A DNA stretch of 64,000 bases from Eledone cirrhosa. Its lineage: Eukaryota. Shown here one piece after another: positions 35,866 to 50,705 of this stretch. Position 1 is the first letter of the stretch. Each line of letters opens with the position of its first letter. The position numbers and the translations under genes are program-made. The DNA lies in assembly GCA_964016885.1 (NCBI GenBank), contig OZ024740.1:107756001-107820000 (forward strand). The letters run 5' to 3'. Under the pieces are notes generated by a model. The model was not told where the DNA came from. It saw only the letters and a list, made by a program, of their open reading frames with translations, and did not search any database.

Positions 35866-37092
35866 CATCATCACCGTTTTACGTCCGTTCTTCCACGCTA
35901 GCATGGGTTAGACGGGTTGTCCTGTTGTGGGCAGTGTCTGGTCGGCTGACCATGCCTTGCTCATACAGGAACTGATCTGGCTTGATTTCTACAGCTGGAT
36001 GCCCTTCCTAACACCAACCTCATTTACAGTGAGTGCTGGGTGCTTTTTCGTGGCGCCTACACGTCCACTTTACAGTGTGGGCTGGGTGCTTTTTTGCCGT
36101 GGCACCTCCACGACCACCTTGCGGGGGGGGGGGGGCATATTGTTTATATGCTTCAGCATGTACCCATGGGAGGTCGGGTACCCTGTATTACTGCGTGACG
36201 CCAGAAGTCACGGTCGTGTGTCATTGACTTTGAGAGGTGTAGTTGGGTAAGGTCGGCTTTTATCACCTCATCCCAAGTCATCTTGGGTCTCCCCACTCCG
36301 CGGTTTCCATCAACTTCTAGTGCTCTGCACCTTTTTATGCAGCTGTCATCCTTCATACGCATCACATGTCCATACCAGCGTAACCGCCTCTCCTGCACGC
36401 AGCATTTGATTCCTCTTATGCTCAGTCTCTCTCTCAATTCATTTATGCTTTGTCGTTCACGTATATTACTGTTACACATCCATCGGAGCATGCAGGCTTC
36501 GTTTCTCTCTAATCTACGTAAGTCTTCCACCTTCAGCGCCCAGGTCTCACTACCATGCAACATCGCTGTTCGGATACACGCATCATACAGTCTGCCTTTC
36601 ATTCTGAGGGAGAAGCCTTTTGCAGCTAGCAGTGGTAGTAGTTCCCTAAACTTCTTCCATCCCGTTCTTACCCTAGTTATTGTACTTTCTGAGCACCCAC
36701 CTCCGTTGCTAATTCGGTCACCTAGGTAGCAGAAGCTGTCTACTGTTTCTACAGGGCCCTCCCAGAGATTGGTGGTACTTGTTTCCTGTGGCTGTTTGCT
36801 TGCTGTTTCAGCACAGCTGCTGCATGTGAATCCTACATTCTTAATTAAGCTTCCTGAGATCCCGCTACATCTCTTGTGTACCCATTGTTTGCATTTGGGG
36901 CAAAGAATGGAGTTCCTACCTACACCTTTCCTACATACTGAGCAAGGCCATTTCCCTGAGGGGATCTGGGTTCTGTTTTCTCGTCTACTTATAAGGACCT
37001 TAGTCTTTGTCATGTTGACTTTGAGGCCCTTTCTCTCTAGTCCCTGCTTCCAGGTTTGGAATTTATTCTCTAGTTCTACCATAGATTCAGCT
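35866..37092 (-). mobile_element. RTE family A, 5'-truncated
   Basis: ORF 36153-37082 is highly similar to the C-terminal half of 1490-3990, with an intact PHD finger and tail. Confidence 0.95.
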
Positions 37093-37115
37093 ATATATAT
37101 ATATATATATATATA

Positions 37116-37178
<63 letters not shown>

Positions 37179-37199
37179 GTATATATATATATATATATA

Positions 37200-37254
<55 letters not shown>

Positions 37255-37306
37255 GTATATATATATATATATATATAAAATGTGTATATATATATATATA
37301 TATAAA

Positions 37307-37346
<40 letters not shown>

Positions 37347-37347
<1 letters not shown>

Positions 37348-37925
37348 GTGGTCTCCCCACACGAAACAAAGTATCATGAAACTTGAAGCTCCTCAAAGGG
37401 CAATCACGAAAAAGATAAATGGCATGTCAGACCTTGACTACTGGGGTCGACTAGAAAAGCTGAAACTTTACTCACTCCAACGTCGCCGTGAGCGTTATAT
37501 TATCTGCATGATGTGGAAAATGTTCCCTCATCACTGCCCAAATGATGTTGGCATCGCCTTCAAGATACACCCAAGGCTTGGGCCCCGTGCTATCCGTCCC
37601 ATTCAAAAATCTAAATCACAACTCATAACAACAATACGGCACAATTATTTCACCTCAATCGGCCCTGCTCTCTTCAACATCACACCAGGACACGTCAAAA
37701 CAGAAACTGACCACACAAAATTCAAGAAGTCTTTGGACAAATTCCTCCAAGTAATCCCGGACAAACCACCCACACCCGGATATGTCTCCGCAAACAGTAA
37801 TTCTCTTCTCGAATGGGCCATGGTGCCCAAATCCTGAATTGAAAGACTTCGCCAGGTGGTGCTATTAAGTTAGACATGGCCTGGGCCAATACTGGCCAAA
37901 ACATTTCAAAGTTATTCAAAGTTAT
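37347..37925 (+). mobile_element. CR1 family C 3' fragment
   Basis: WSPHTKQ...EWAMVPKS plus tail; matches 17640-18211. Confidence 0.95.
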
Positions 37926-37950
37926 AATGTATATATATATATATATATAT

Positions 37951-38127
37951 ATAGGAACCAGTAAGACCCCCGACAGCTGAGCTCAAGCCGTTTCGACGGC
38001 TAGCCGTCGAAACGGCTTGAGCTCAGCTGTCGGGGTCTTACTGGTTCCTATTACCCACTCTACTACCTCAAGTATTGAGTACTTTGGTGCGTTATGGTCC
38101 ACCTGGTTCCTTACCACATTTCCTTCG

Positions 38128-38130
<3 letters not shown>
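37951..38130 (+). repeat. Repeat X with a loopless 5' snap-back palindrome (37951-38051)
   Basis: ~50-bp arms centred on GACGGCT|AGCCGTC. Confidence 0.9.
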
Positions 38131-38162
<32 letters not shown>

Positions 38163-38165
<3 letters not shown>

Positions 38166-41100
38166 TCATCATCATCATCATCATCAACGTTTAACGTCCG
38201 TGTTCCACGCTTGCATGGGTTTGGACGGGGGTAGTCCCACTTGAGGCAAGAGTGATTGTCTTGCTCGCATAGGACTGTCTGGCAGGTTTTCTACAGTTGG
38301 ATGCCCTTCCTAACACCAACCACATTTACAGTGTGGGTCTGGGAGGTTTTTACCGTGTTGCCTACACGGCCACATTACAGCGTGGACTGTGTGTTTTTTT
38401 GTCGTGACACCTACACGATCTCATTTGTTTCGGCCTCGATGGCGCGGCACCAACATAACTTTACATAGAACGGGGTGGTGTGGATCGGGTGGGGGTGGGG
38501 GTGGTGGGACGGGGTGTATTTTGTTAGAGATGCCTACTGGCTGGAGTAGGTTTTACTATATATTTAGGTAAGGCGGGTCTTCTCTGTTACTGAGTACCGC
38601 CAAAGGTCTCGGTCCAGTGACATTGTCTTGGAGAGGTGTAAGTGTGTGATGTCGGAGTTTATCAGCTCGTCCCAGGTTTTTCTAGGTCTGCCTATTCCGT
38701 GACTACCGTCTATCTTTATTGCCCTGCACTTTGTTATACAGCTATCGACTTTCATGCGCATCACGTGTCCATACCAACGTAGCCTTCTCTCGAGTAAACA
38801 ACATCTGATCCCTCTTATCTCTAATTTATTCCTTAGTTCGTTTATGCTTTGCCGTTCACGTATATTACTGTTACACATCCAGCGGAGCATGCAAGCTTCG
38901 TTCCTCTCTAGTCTGCGTATATCCTCTGCACACAATGCCCAGGTCTCACTGCCATGCAGCATTGCTGTTCGTATGCAGGCATCGTACAACCTGCCTTTCA
39001 TTTTTAGTGAGAACCCTTTAGCAGCTAATAGTGGTATAAGCTCTCTGAACTTTTTCCAACCAGTTCTGACTCTAGCTACAGTACTTTCAGAGCACCCTCC
39101 CCCACTGCTGATTTTATCGCCCAGGTAACGGAAGCTGTCCACTATTTCTATAGAACCCTCTGCGCAATTGAAAGAGCTAGTAGTTTGTGGGCACTTGCTG
39201 CTACTTATTGCACCAGAGCACCGGCCACATGTAAAATCTATGTTCTTAGTTAGCTTACCTGTGATCCCACTACATCTCTTATGCACCCATACTTTGCATT
39301 TAGGACATAAAATGGAGTTTCTACCTACGCCTCTCCTACACACTGAGCACGACCATTTCCCAGAAGGGACCGCCGCCTTGTTTTCTTTCCTACAAACTAG
39401 TACTTTGGTCTTAGCCAGGTTAATTTTAAGTCCTTTTGACTCTAGGCCGTGCTTCCATGTTTGGAATTTCTTCTCTAGCTCGGCCATTGATTCCGCTATG
39501 AGTGTCAGGTCGTCTGCGTATAGGAGTTCCCATGGGCAGCCTGTCTTGAACTCCTCTGTTATAGCCTGAAGGGCAATAATAAATAGTAGTGGACTGAGAA
39601 CAGAGCCCTGATGGACGCCGACTTTTACGCTAAACTCTTCACTATATTCGTTGTTAATTCTAACCTTGCTGACTGTTTCTTTATACATGGCTTGTATAGC
39701 CCTCACAAGCCATTCGTCAACGCCTAGTTTTCTAAGAGCCCACCAGATAATGGAGCGGGGGACTCTGTCGAAGGCTTTCTCCAAGTCGACAAAAGCTAAG
39801 TAGAGGGGTTTACCTTTAGCTAGGTACTTCTCCTGTAGTTGTCGTACTATGAAAAGAGCGTCTGTGGTACTTTTGCCTGACACAAACCCGAACTGCATTT
39901 CATCTAGGTCAATTCTCTCTCTGATTAGTTGCGCTATTACTCTTTCCGTGACCTTCATGACCTGGTCGATTAATTTAATGCCTCTATAGTTACTCCTATC
40001 TAGGGCGTCTCCTTTACCCTTATAACAGTTAACGATGATGCTGCTATGCCAGTCCTTCGGAACAACCCCGTTCTGTACGACTTGGTTAACTATGCGGGTG
40101 ACCATGGTGTGTCCCACCGTGCCAGATGCCTTCAGCATCTCAGCAACTATTTCCGAAGGCCCAGCCGCCTTACCAGTCTTCATATCCTTGATTGCCTTAC
40201 TTATTATACTCCCCTCGACTAACACTGCTGGTCCCTCTATTGGGTCGATATGGGGGAGACTGCCTTTCTCCCAATTATTCTCCTCATTTAGAAGCCTTTC
40301 ATAGTGACACTTCCAAGCTACCTTCTTATCAGCGTCGGTGATGGCAAGTGTGCCATCGTCGTTTAGTACACACTTCTCCCCGACAATATCACGGTTTTCC
40401 TTGACGCATTGCCTAGCAATCCTGAACACCTCACGTTTTTGGTCATCGCGTTGTAGAACATGCTTGAACTTTCTTTCCTCAGCTTCCCTTCTTGCTAAGT
40501 ACACTTGTCTCCTAGCTTCCCTCCTGGCCACTTGATAGTCCTCTCTACTTCCCCCATCCCGCCATACTTTCCAAGCCTGCTTTTTGGCCTTAATTGACCC
40601 CTCCACCTTACTGTTCCACCACCATGTTACTCTCCTCCTGCCTACAGGCCTGCTCCAGCCACAGACCTCGTCTGTCGCCAACAGCAGGTTTGCTTTCAGA
40701 AATTCCCACTCTCCCTCTATATTGTCCGACTCTAAATGTTCTTCCTTACTGTCGAAAGCATCAAGTAATATGCTTTGAAATTTATTCCTGGCTGTGGGGT
40801 CCTTTAGCTTCCATATTTTCCTCCTGAGGATAGTCCTCTTCTGTTGTCGAGTACGTCTCGTCCTGACTATGAGGTCGCTAATTATCAGTCTATGTTGGGA
40901 GGTGCATTCTTCATGGGGGAGGGATTTAGTGTTAACAACAGACACTCTGTCACGTCTTCTGGTAAGGATATAATCTACCTGGCTTGTGTGTTCCCCGGAT
41001 CTATAGGTGATCAGGTGATTGTCACGTTTTTTGAAGTTAGTGTTACAGATAGTTAGGTTATTTGCATCACAGAATTCCAGGATTCTGGAGCCTTCCTCAT

Positions 41101-41426
41101 TTCTAGTACCAAACCCATAGCCTCCATGGATTTCGTCGTAGCCGTCACAATGTTGTCCAACGTGACCATTTAGGTCGCCTGCGATAATTATATAGTCACT
41201 GTCGGATATTTGGGAGGTAGTTAGCATCAGTGTCTCATAGAATCTGTCTTTTATAGTGCCGGGCAGTCCGGATTGGGGTGCGTACGCAGATATTACTGTC
41301 ACCGTAGTTCTATTGAGGACAAGTCGTATTTTAATTATTCTGTCGTTCACTCTATTTACGTCTATTATCTTATCTGCCCACTTTTCTGCTACCATGATTC
41401 CTACTCCACCCAGCCCATCGTCGTTA
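38163..41426 (-). mobile_element. RTE family B, near full length, young
   Basis: Uninterrupted ORF, complete 3' UTR and (GAT)n tail; the 5' end is truncated into TA within the APE N-terminus. Confidence 0.97.
38564..41395 (-). CDS. RTE APE endonuclease-reverse transcriptase (943 aa) with an internal PHD-type finger
   Basis: [25 protein letters not shown]; [24 protein letters not shown]; CSVC..CPKC..HKRC..CGRC; FRYLG; RRLRWYGHV. Lacks the first APE motifs. Confidence 0.93.
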   Translation of the reverse strand: MVAEKWADKIIDVNRVNDRIIKIRLVLNRTTVTVISAYAPQSGLPGTIKDRFYETLMLTTSQISDSDYIIIAGDLNGHVGQHCDGYDEIHGGYGFGTRNEEGSRILEFCDANNLTICNTNFKKRDNHLITYRSGEHTSQVDYILTRRRDRVSVVNTKSLPHEECTSQHRLIISDLIVRTRRTRQQKRTILRRKIWKLKDPTARNKFQSILLDAFDSKEEHLESDNIEGEWEFLKANLLLATDEVCGWSRPVGRRRVTWWWNSKVEGSIKAKKQAWKVWRDGGSREDYQVARREARRQVYLARREAEERKFKHVLQRDDQKREVFRIARQCVKENRDIVGEKCVLNDDGTLAITDADKKVAWKCHYERLLNEENNWEKGSLPHIDPIEGPAVLVEGSIISKAIKDMKTGKAAGPSEIVAEMLKASGTVGHTMVTRIVNQVVQNGVVPKDWHSSIIVNCYKGKGDALDRSNYRGIKLIDQVMKVTERVIAQLIRERIDLDEMQFGFVSGKSTTDALFIVRQLQEKYLAKGKPLYLAFVDLEKAFDRVPRSIIWWALRKLGVDEWLVRAIQAMYKETVSKVRINNEYSEEFSVKVGVHQGSVLSPLLFIIALQAITEEFKTGCPWELLYADDLTLIAESMAELEKKFQTWKHGLESKGLKINLAKTKVLVCRKENKAAVPSGKWSCSVCRRGVGRNSILCPKCKVWVHKRCSGITGKLTKNIDFTCGRCSGAISSSKCPQTTSSFNCAEGSIEIVDSFRYLGDKISSGGGCSESTVARVRTGWKKFRELIPLLAAKGFSLKMKGRLYDACIRTAMLHGSETWALCAEDIRRLERNEACMLRWMCNSNIRERQSINELRNKLEIRGIRCCLLERRLRWYGHVMRMKVDSCITKCRAIKIDGSHGIGRPRKTWDELINSDITHLHLSKTMSLDRDLWRYSVTEKTRLT

Positions 41427-41441
41427 TATATATATATATAT

Positions 41442-41520
<79 letters not shown>

Positions 41521-41521
41521 C

Positions 41522-41554
<33 letters not shown>

Positions 41555-41555
41555 C

Positions 41556-41680
<125 letters not shown>

Positions 41681-41686
41681 CATACA

Positions 41687-43180
<1,494 letters not shown>

Positions 43181-43181
43181 T

Positions 43182-43761
43182 ATAACTTTGAATAACTTTG
43201 AAAATGTTTTGGCCAGTATTGGCCCAGGCCATGTCTAACTTAATAGCACCACCTGGCGAAGTCTTTCAATTCAGTATTTGGGCACCATGGCCCATTCGAG
43301 AAGAGAATTACTGTTTGCGGAGACATATCCGGGTGTGGGTGGTTTGTCCGGGATTACTTGGAGGAATTTGTCCAAAGACTTCTTGAATTTTGTGTGGTCA
43401 GTTTCTGTTTTGACGTGTCCTGGTGTGATGTTGAAGAGAGCAGGGCCGATTGAGGTGAAATAATTGTGCCGTATTGTTGTTATGAGTTGCGATTTAGATT
43501 TTTGAATGGGACGGATAGCACGGGGCCCAAGCCTTGGGTGTATCTTGAAGGCGATGCCAACATCATTTGGGCAGTGATGATGGAACATTTTCCACATCAT
43601 GCAGATAATATAACGCTCACGGCGACGTTGGAGTGAGTAAAGTTTCAGGTTTTCTAATCGACCCCAGTAGTCAAGGTCTGACATGCCATCTATCTTTTTC
43701 TTGATTGCCCTTTGAGGAGCTTCAAGTTTCATGATACTTTGTTTCGTGTGGGGAGACCACA
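43182..43761 (-). mobile_element. CR1 family C 3' fragment
   Basis: Same extent as 37347-37925, opposite strand. Confidence 0.95.
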
Positions 43762-43812
43762 TTATATATATATATATATATACACATTATATATATATAT
43801 ATATATATATAC

Positions 43813-43853
<41 letters not shown>

Positions 43854-43874
43854 TATATATATATATATATATAC

Positions 43875-43944
<70 letters not shown>

Positions 43945-43945
43945 T

Positions 43946-44010
<65 letters not shown>

Positions 44011-44052
44011 TATATATATATATATATATATACATTATATATATATATATAC

Positions 44053-44093
<41 letters not shown>

Positions 44094-44302
44094 TATATAT
44101 ATATATATATATATACATTATATATATATATATATATATACATTATATATATATACATTATATATATATATACATTATATATATATATACATTATATATA
44201 TATATACATTATATATATATATACATTATATATATATATATACATTATATATATATATATATACATTATATATATATATACATTATATATATATATATAC
44301 AT

Positions 44303-44338
<36 letters not shown>

Positions 44339-44508
44339 ATATACATACATTATATATATATATACATTATATATATATATATATACATTATATATATATA
44401 TATACATTATATATATATATATACATTATATATATATATACATTATATATATATATATATACATTATATATATATATACATTATATATATATATATATAT
44501 ATATACAT

Positions 44509-44542
<34 letters not shown>

Positions 44543-44585
44543 GATATATATATATACATATATATATATACATATATATATATAC

Positions 44586-44622
44586 ATGCTGATGATAGCT
44601 AACAAGCTTGAAACTAGTACAT
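44586..44622 (+). ncRNA. Minimal hammerhead ribozyme with canonical core
   Basis: ATG-CTGATGA-T-AGCT AACA AGCT-T-GAAAC TA GT-A-CAT; palindromic ACTAGT in stem III. Confidence 0.7.
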
Positions 44623-44931
44623 CGTTCCTGTGTCAGTGTTGAACAAAAAGGTGACATGGTTGCCTTAACACCGTGCAGCATAAATTCAGGCTGTTCAGTT
44701 TGTTTACAAACGAACAAAGCGGGCGCTATAATAAGCGTCCGCTAAACTGATGCGTACATATATGTATGTGTACCTGTATGTATATATATATATGTATATA
44801 TATATATATGCATGCTACTGTACGTCTGTATACATATATGTATGTACGTATACATACATACTTACATTTAAGTAAGTGCCGTACTAAGAGTGAGAAATGA
44901 AATTTCATTTTCCTTTTATTACAACTCTCTA

Positions 44932-45115
<184 letters not shown>

Positions 45116-45118
45116 CAC

Positions 45119-45235
<117 letters not shown>

Positions 45236-45256
45236 GATATACTTATATATATATAC

Positions 45257-45295
<39 letters not shown>

Positions 45296-45297
45296 CT

Positions 45298-45329
<32 letters not shown>

Positions 45330-45368
45330 CATATATATATACATATATATATATACATATATATATAC

Positions 45369-45403
<35 letters not shown>

Positions 45404-45408
45404 CATAC

Positions 45409-45491
<83 letters not shown>

Positions 45492-45540
45492 CACATTATA
45501 TATATATATATACACATTATATATATATATATATATACAC

Positions 45541-45657
<117 letters not shown>

Positions 45658-45791
45658 TATATATATATATACATTTTATATATATATATATAATATATAT
45701 ATATATATATACACATTATATATATATATATATATACACATTATATATATATATATATATACACATTATATATATATATATATATATACAC

Positions 45792-45828
<37 letters not shown>

Positions 45829-45883
45829 TATATATATATATATATATACACATTATATATATACATTATATATATATATATAC

Positions 45884-45971
<88 letters not shown>

Positions 45972-46106
45972 TATATATATATATATACATTTTATATATA
46001 TATATATATACATTTTATATATATATATATATAATATATATATATATATATACACATATATATATATATATATATACACATCATATATATATATATATAC
46101 ACACAT

Positions 46107-46139
<33 letters not shown>

Positions 46140-46206
46140 TATATATATATATATATACACATTATATACATATATATATATACATTATATATATATATAT
46201 ATATAC

Positions 46207-46245
<39 letters not shown>

Positions 46246-46337
46246 TATATATATACATTATATATATATATATATTATATATATATACATTATATATATA
46301 TACATTATATATATATATACATTATATATATATATAT

Positions 46338-46410
<73 letters not shown>

Positions 46411-46412
<2 letters not shown>

Positions 46413-46665
46413 CGTTTCCACGAACCAAAGTATCGTCTTTCTGTCTTCCTTCGGTTGCAACGTTTTTTGAAATATCCACTTCTGCGTTTACAGATTGACT
46501 TTGTTAGTTTCAGAAGATCCCGTTAAGGGTGAAAGCAGCGATTCTTTGCTTAAACTTTAATCTGTTATTTTAATAAATATTTGCTCTACGGTTCTTATAT
46601 ATTTGATATATATCTTCCTTATCGAGCCCTCTTTGGATTTTAGTCTTCAATTTTATTATTATTAC
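46411..46665 (+). mobile_element. Solo pLTR of PLE-1, with the CAGAAGA hammerhead variant at 46506-46556
   Basis: Near-identical to ~10597-10845. Confidence 0.9.
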
Positions 46666-46765
<100 letters not shown>

Positions 46766-47669
46766 CGGGTTGGATGTTTTGTTACAGACCAGGTCAGTAT
46801 TTAATCAGAACTATTGTCCTCTTAAAATGGTTAAGAAAGTATATTTCGCTTGGTTTGTTTCTACAGCTGCACGCCTTTCCTAATACCAACCAGTTTACAG
46901 AGTGTACTCAATGTAATTTACTGTGGCACCAGTATTAAGGAGGTTGTTGTATTCTTGATGGGACTATATAGTCCTCTCAACCCCTTTTTTAGCGTGATTT
47001 CTATAGCTAAATGCTATTCCTAATGCCAACCATTACATAGAGCATACTGGGTGCATTTTATAGTGGCAATAGCATTAGAGTAGTTGTTATCTCTTCACCA
47101 GTCATAACTTTGTCTGCCAACCATATGTATGTATACACACACATACACACATAAAGAGAGGAGCCCATAAATAGATTCAGTAGAAAAGTATAAAATATGG
47201 AAGTAAAATCCTAAAATATTTGACATTCCTCTTCCCAATTTCTTCAAGTAGGATGTTATACAATTGGCTCAAATGACTGCAACAATTTGAACTCTTGGTG
47301 TTGACCTTCAACCTTGATGTTGTTACTGTGACACACCAGCCTTAATGTTACTGTTGTTACAGCTCACACTTATATAGGTTTACTGGGGTTGCATTTCATA
47401 AAGGCTTCTCAGCTGTTTTAATGACAGGGGTCCCAGTCATACCCTAAAAAGCAATAGGAAATAATGCGCCTCATTCAAAAACACAGTGCACCACCTGGTC
47501 TGAGTATTGAACCCACAACATTAGTAGCATAGACTATCTATCTTACCTCCCCTCTAACAATTCCACAACTGTGTCATGATGGCTCGTCCTACATCAGATT
47601 ATATGAAACATTTTCTAAGTGGTGATCGTGTGTGTATCTAAGACGTCATCAACATTCTCATCCACACCT

Positions 47670-48130
47670 ACATCATCATCATCATCATCACCATCATTAT
47701 TGTTATCACCATCATCATCATTACCATCATTATTGTTATCACCATCATCATCATCACCATCATTATTGTTATCACCATCATCATCATTACCATCATTATT
47801 GTTATCACCATCATCATCATCACCATCATTATTGTTATCACCATCATTATTGTTATCACCATCATCATCATTACCATCATTATTGTTATCACCATCATCA
47901 TCATTACCATCATTATTGTTATCACCATCATCATCATTACCATCATTATTGTTATCACCATCATCATCATTACCATCATTATTGTTATCATCATCATCTC
48001 AAACATTACCATTACTACATCAACATCATAACCATTATCATCATCATCTTTATCACCAGCACCAGTATCTTTATCACCACCACCCCACCATCATCATCAT
48101 CCTTACCATCATCATCATCACCAACATCAT
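47670..48130. repeat. (CAT)n-derived minisatellite with a 33-bp unit
   Basis: CACCATCATCATCATTACCATCATTATTGTTAT repeated. Confidence 0.95.
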
Positions 48131-49448
48131 TATCATTTACCACCAATTGTTCTTTTCTTGTGTGGGTTAGATAAGCCTGTAGATATATAGCACACCCCCT
48201 CCTGTTGATACTCTCAACTCCTCTATTTGACTCAATATCTTTGGATCTGACTTCCTCCACCTTCACCCCTCCTCAGTTCTTTCTTGGTTGGTCTTCTTCT
48301 TGCTTCATATACTTCTCATTGCCAGATCTTGGCACTCTTCCCGTCATCCATTCACACACACACACACACATAAGTAGATAAACATGTTACTTTCTACCTG
48401 GTCCCCCAACGATACCCCTCTCCACTCTATGGCACCAACAATAAAGATTCAGGGTTACACATGTATTCCTATAAGGATGATACTCCTGAATGGCAGCCAT
48501 TATAATCCCACCTAACTTCTTAATGGGACACATCACAATGTCCAGTAAAATGGTTATGACTACCCTCATTTCAACCACTCCCTGTGATATGTTTATACAA
48601 CCTCCTCACCACCACCATCACCTCCATAGGCACTGTTATCACCTCCACTGTGCTGAATTCCAGTCCTAAACACCCCTTGCAAAACTTCAATATGCTGATG
48701 ACACGGGGCATTTCACATACTGACTTATTGCAGAAAAATTCAGTGAAGAGATATAACCAATAGTCCCAATATTTTCCCTCCTAATCATAGAGCTACCACA
48801 CTACCCTCACTACCTCCAACACTACTTTATCTAATGTGTGTCCATCTCTGCTTTTTGTTATAGTTAACCCACTGTCTCTGTAAACCTAAAGTCTACTGAA
48901 AACTTCTTTTAATCTTCTGGGCGCTCTAGGCGCCTTATGTCGTTGATAGAGTAATCTCCCCTTAATACATAATGCGGTGTCAAGAGAAGCAATTCATTAA
49001 AAAAATTCAGCATGCTAAAGGTTAAGTTCATCTAAAATGTATAATCCTAGATGGTTGCATAGTTCCACACTGTCATACAATCCCATACTTATGTCAAAGG
49101 TGGAATCTTTCTAAAAAAATAAAAAAAGGACTTTCATAGCATGCAATATGACCTCTATAGCATTGTCATTTGCTGATATAGTTAGTAGCAAGTTCTATAT
49201 TAAGGACTTGCAAGGGTAGGTTCAAAAGTTCATAGGCTGACTATGAATGAGTGATGGTAGAGCTGTAAAATCTTACGTACATTAATTTCAACTCTTATTA
49301 TTAACTACATTGTTTGTCATTCCATGAGAATATCTTGGTCAGCCAATGAACATTTCAGCTGACTCTCGTAGATACTTATGGGTGCAATTTCAACCACGAC
49401 AAATTGAGTGGATCAAGTTATGTACTTAGTATTAATATTATTAAATTA

Positions 49449-49785
49449 TTGGCAGTATCAGTAGAGCGTCGGACACCATGCTTTGCAGCATAGAGTTATG
49501 GCTCTTTATGATCCGAGTTCAAATCTTGCCGAGGTTAACTTTGCTTTACATCCTTACGGGGGTCGATAAAATAAAGTACCAGTCACGCACTCGGGTCGAT
49601 TTAATCGACTTCCCCCTCCCTCAAAAATATGCTGGCCTTGTGCCTATATAAGAAACCATTATTAAATGAGTTCAAATCCCGCCGAGGTTAACTTTGCCTT
49701 TCATCTTTACGGGCTCGATAAAATAAAGTACCAGTAATACACTGGGGTAACTGCTGGCCTTGTGCCTAAAGTAGAAATAATTATT
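49449..49785 (+). mobile_element. SINE family 2, one full and one partial tandem copy
   Basis: TTGGCAGTATCAGTAGAGC...GAGTTCAAATC (B box)...GTCGATAAAATAAAGTACCAGT...GCTGGCCTTGTGCC. Confidence 0.8.
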
Positions 49786-49815
49786 AAATGAGCTTATGCC
49801 ATCTTTACTCACCAG

Positions 49816-49924
49816 ATAGTCCTATGCGAGCAAGACAACCACTCTTGCCTCAAGTTGGAAAACTCCCGTCCAAACCCATGCAAGCGTGGAAGATGGATGT
49901 TAAACGATGATGATGATGATGATG

Positions 49925-49927
<3 letters not shown>
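49816..49927 (+). mobile_element. RTE-B extreme 3' end
   Basis: CCCATGCAAGCGTGGAA...TTAAACGATGATG. Confidence 0.85.
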
Positions 49928-49974
<47 letters not shown>

Positions 49975-49976
<2 letters not shown>

Positions 49977-50581
49977 TGGTTGCCAACTCGTTTTCGAGTA
50001 TGGCCACTACTTTATGTCCATGTAGGAGAACCCCTACCAATGCACTGAACAAGTGTGACTTTTTAGTCCAGCCAGCGTCTTGAAAACTCTGGTACAAACA
50101 CTACACTTGTGACAATTATTGACACATAGTGCTGGGCCCATGGTACCATGTGACGACAAGTGCAGAGAAATCTCCAGATATAAAGCAATGCCTGTACCAT
50201 GAAGCTTTTATAATGAGCAAAGGCACTGCACAAAGCCATTCCCACTCTCTTAACCAAGATGATATTTACCAAAAAGAAGAACAAGTCAACATCATTGGAT
50301 ACCATCAGGGTTGCAGGTGTTACATCAGAGTTTTCCTTCTCCTAGAATTCTGCCTTGACAAAGACTAAGGTGTCATCTCTCCCGGTGATTTTGGATGGCC
50401 ATTGACTCTTAAGAGCTCCTTTGCCCTTTGACAAGTTTTGTTTTTAGTCCTGCAGGATGTCCAAAGTCACACTCCTCACCAAGAAACCATGGTGGGGTTG
50501 CCAGTTTAGTCGCCAACGACCCGACCATGAGACAGGTTGTACTGGGATACATGTTACCAGTAGCACCAACTGGTGACCTGA
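49975..50581 (-). mobile_element. Non-coding repeat Z (RTE-5'-UTR-like, structured head), copy 1
   Basis: Homologous to 52002-52616; contains CTAGGAGAAGG and GGCGACTAAA motifs. Confidence 0.55.
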
Positions 50582-50600
50582 CATACATATATATACATAC

Positions 50601-50631
<31 letters not shown>

Positions 50632-50705
50632 CATATATACATATATATACATACATATACATATATACATATATATACATACATATACATATACACATAT
50701 ATATA

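Noticed and set aside
47619-48174. His-rich or Ser-rich protein ORFs
   Set aside because: Trinucleotide-derived minisatellite open in several frames, with no gene signals.
48640-48760. QYADDT motif suggesting an ancient RT
   Set aside because: No other RT motifs could be recovered in frame by eye; too degenerate to call.
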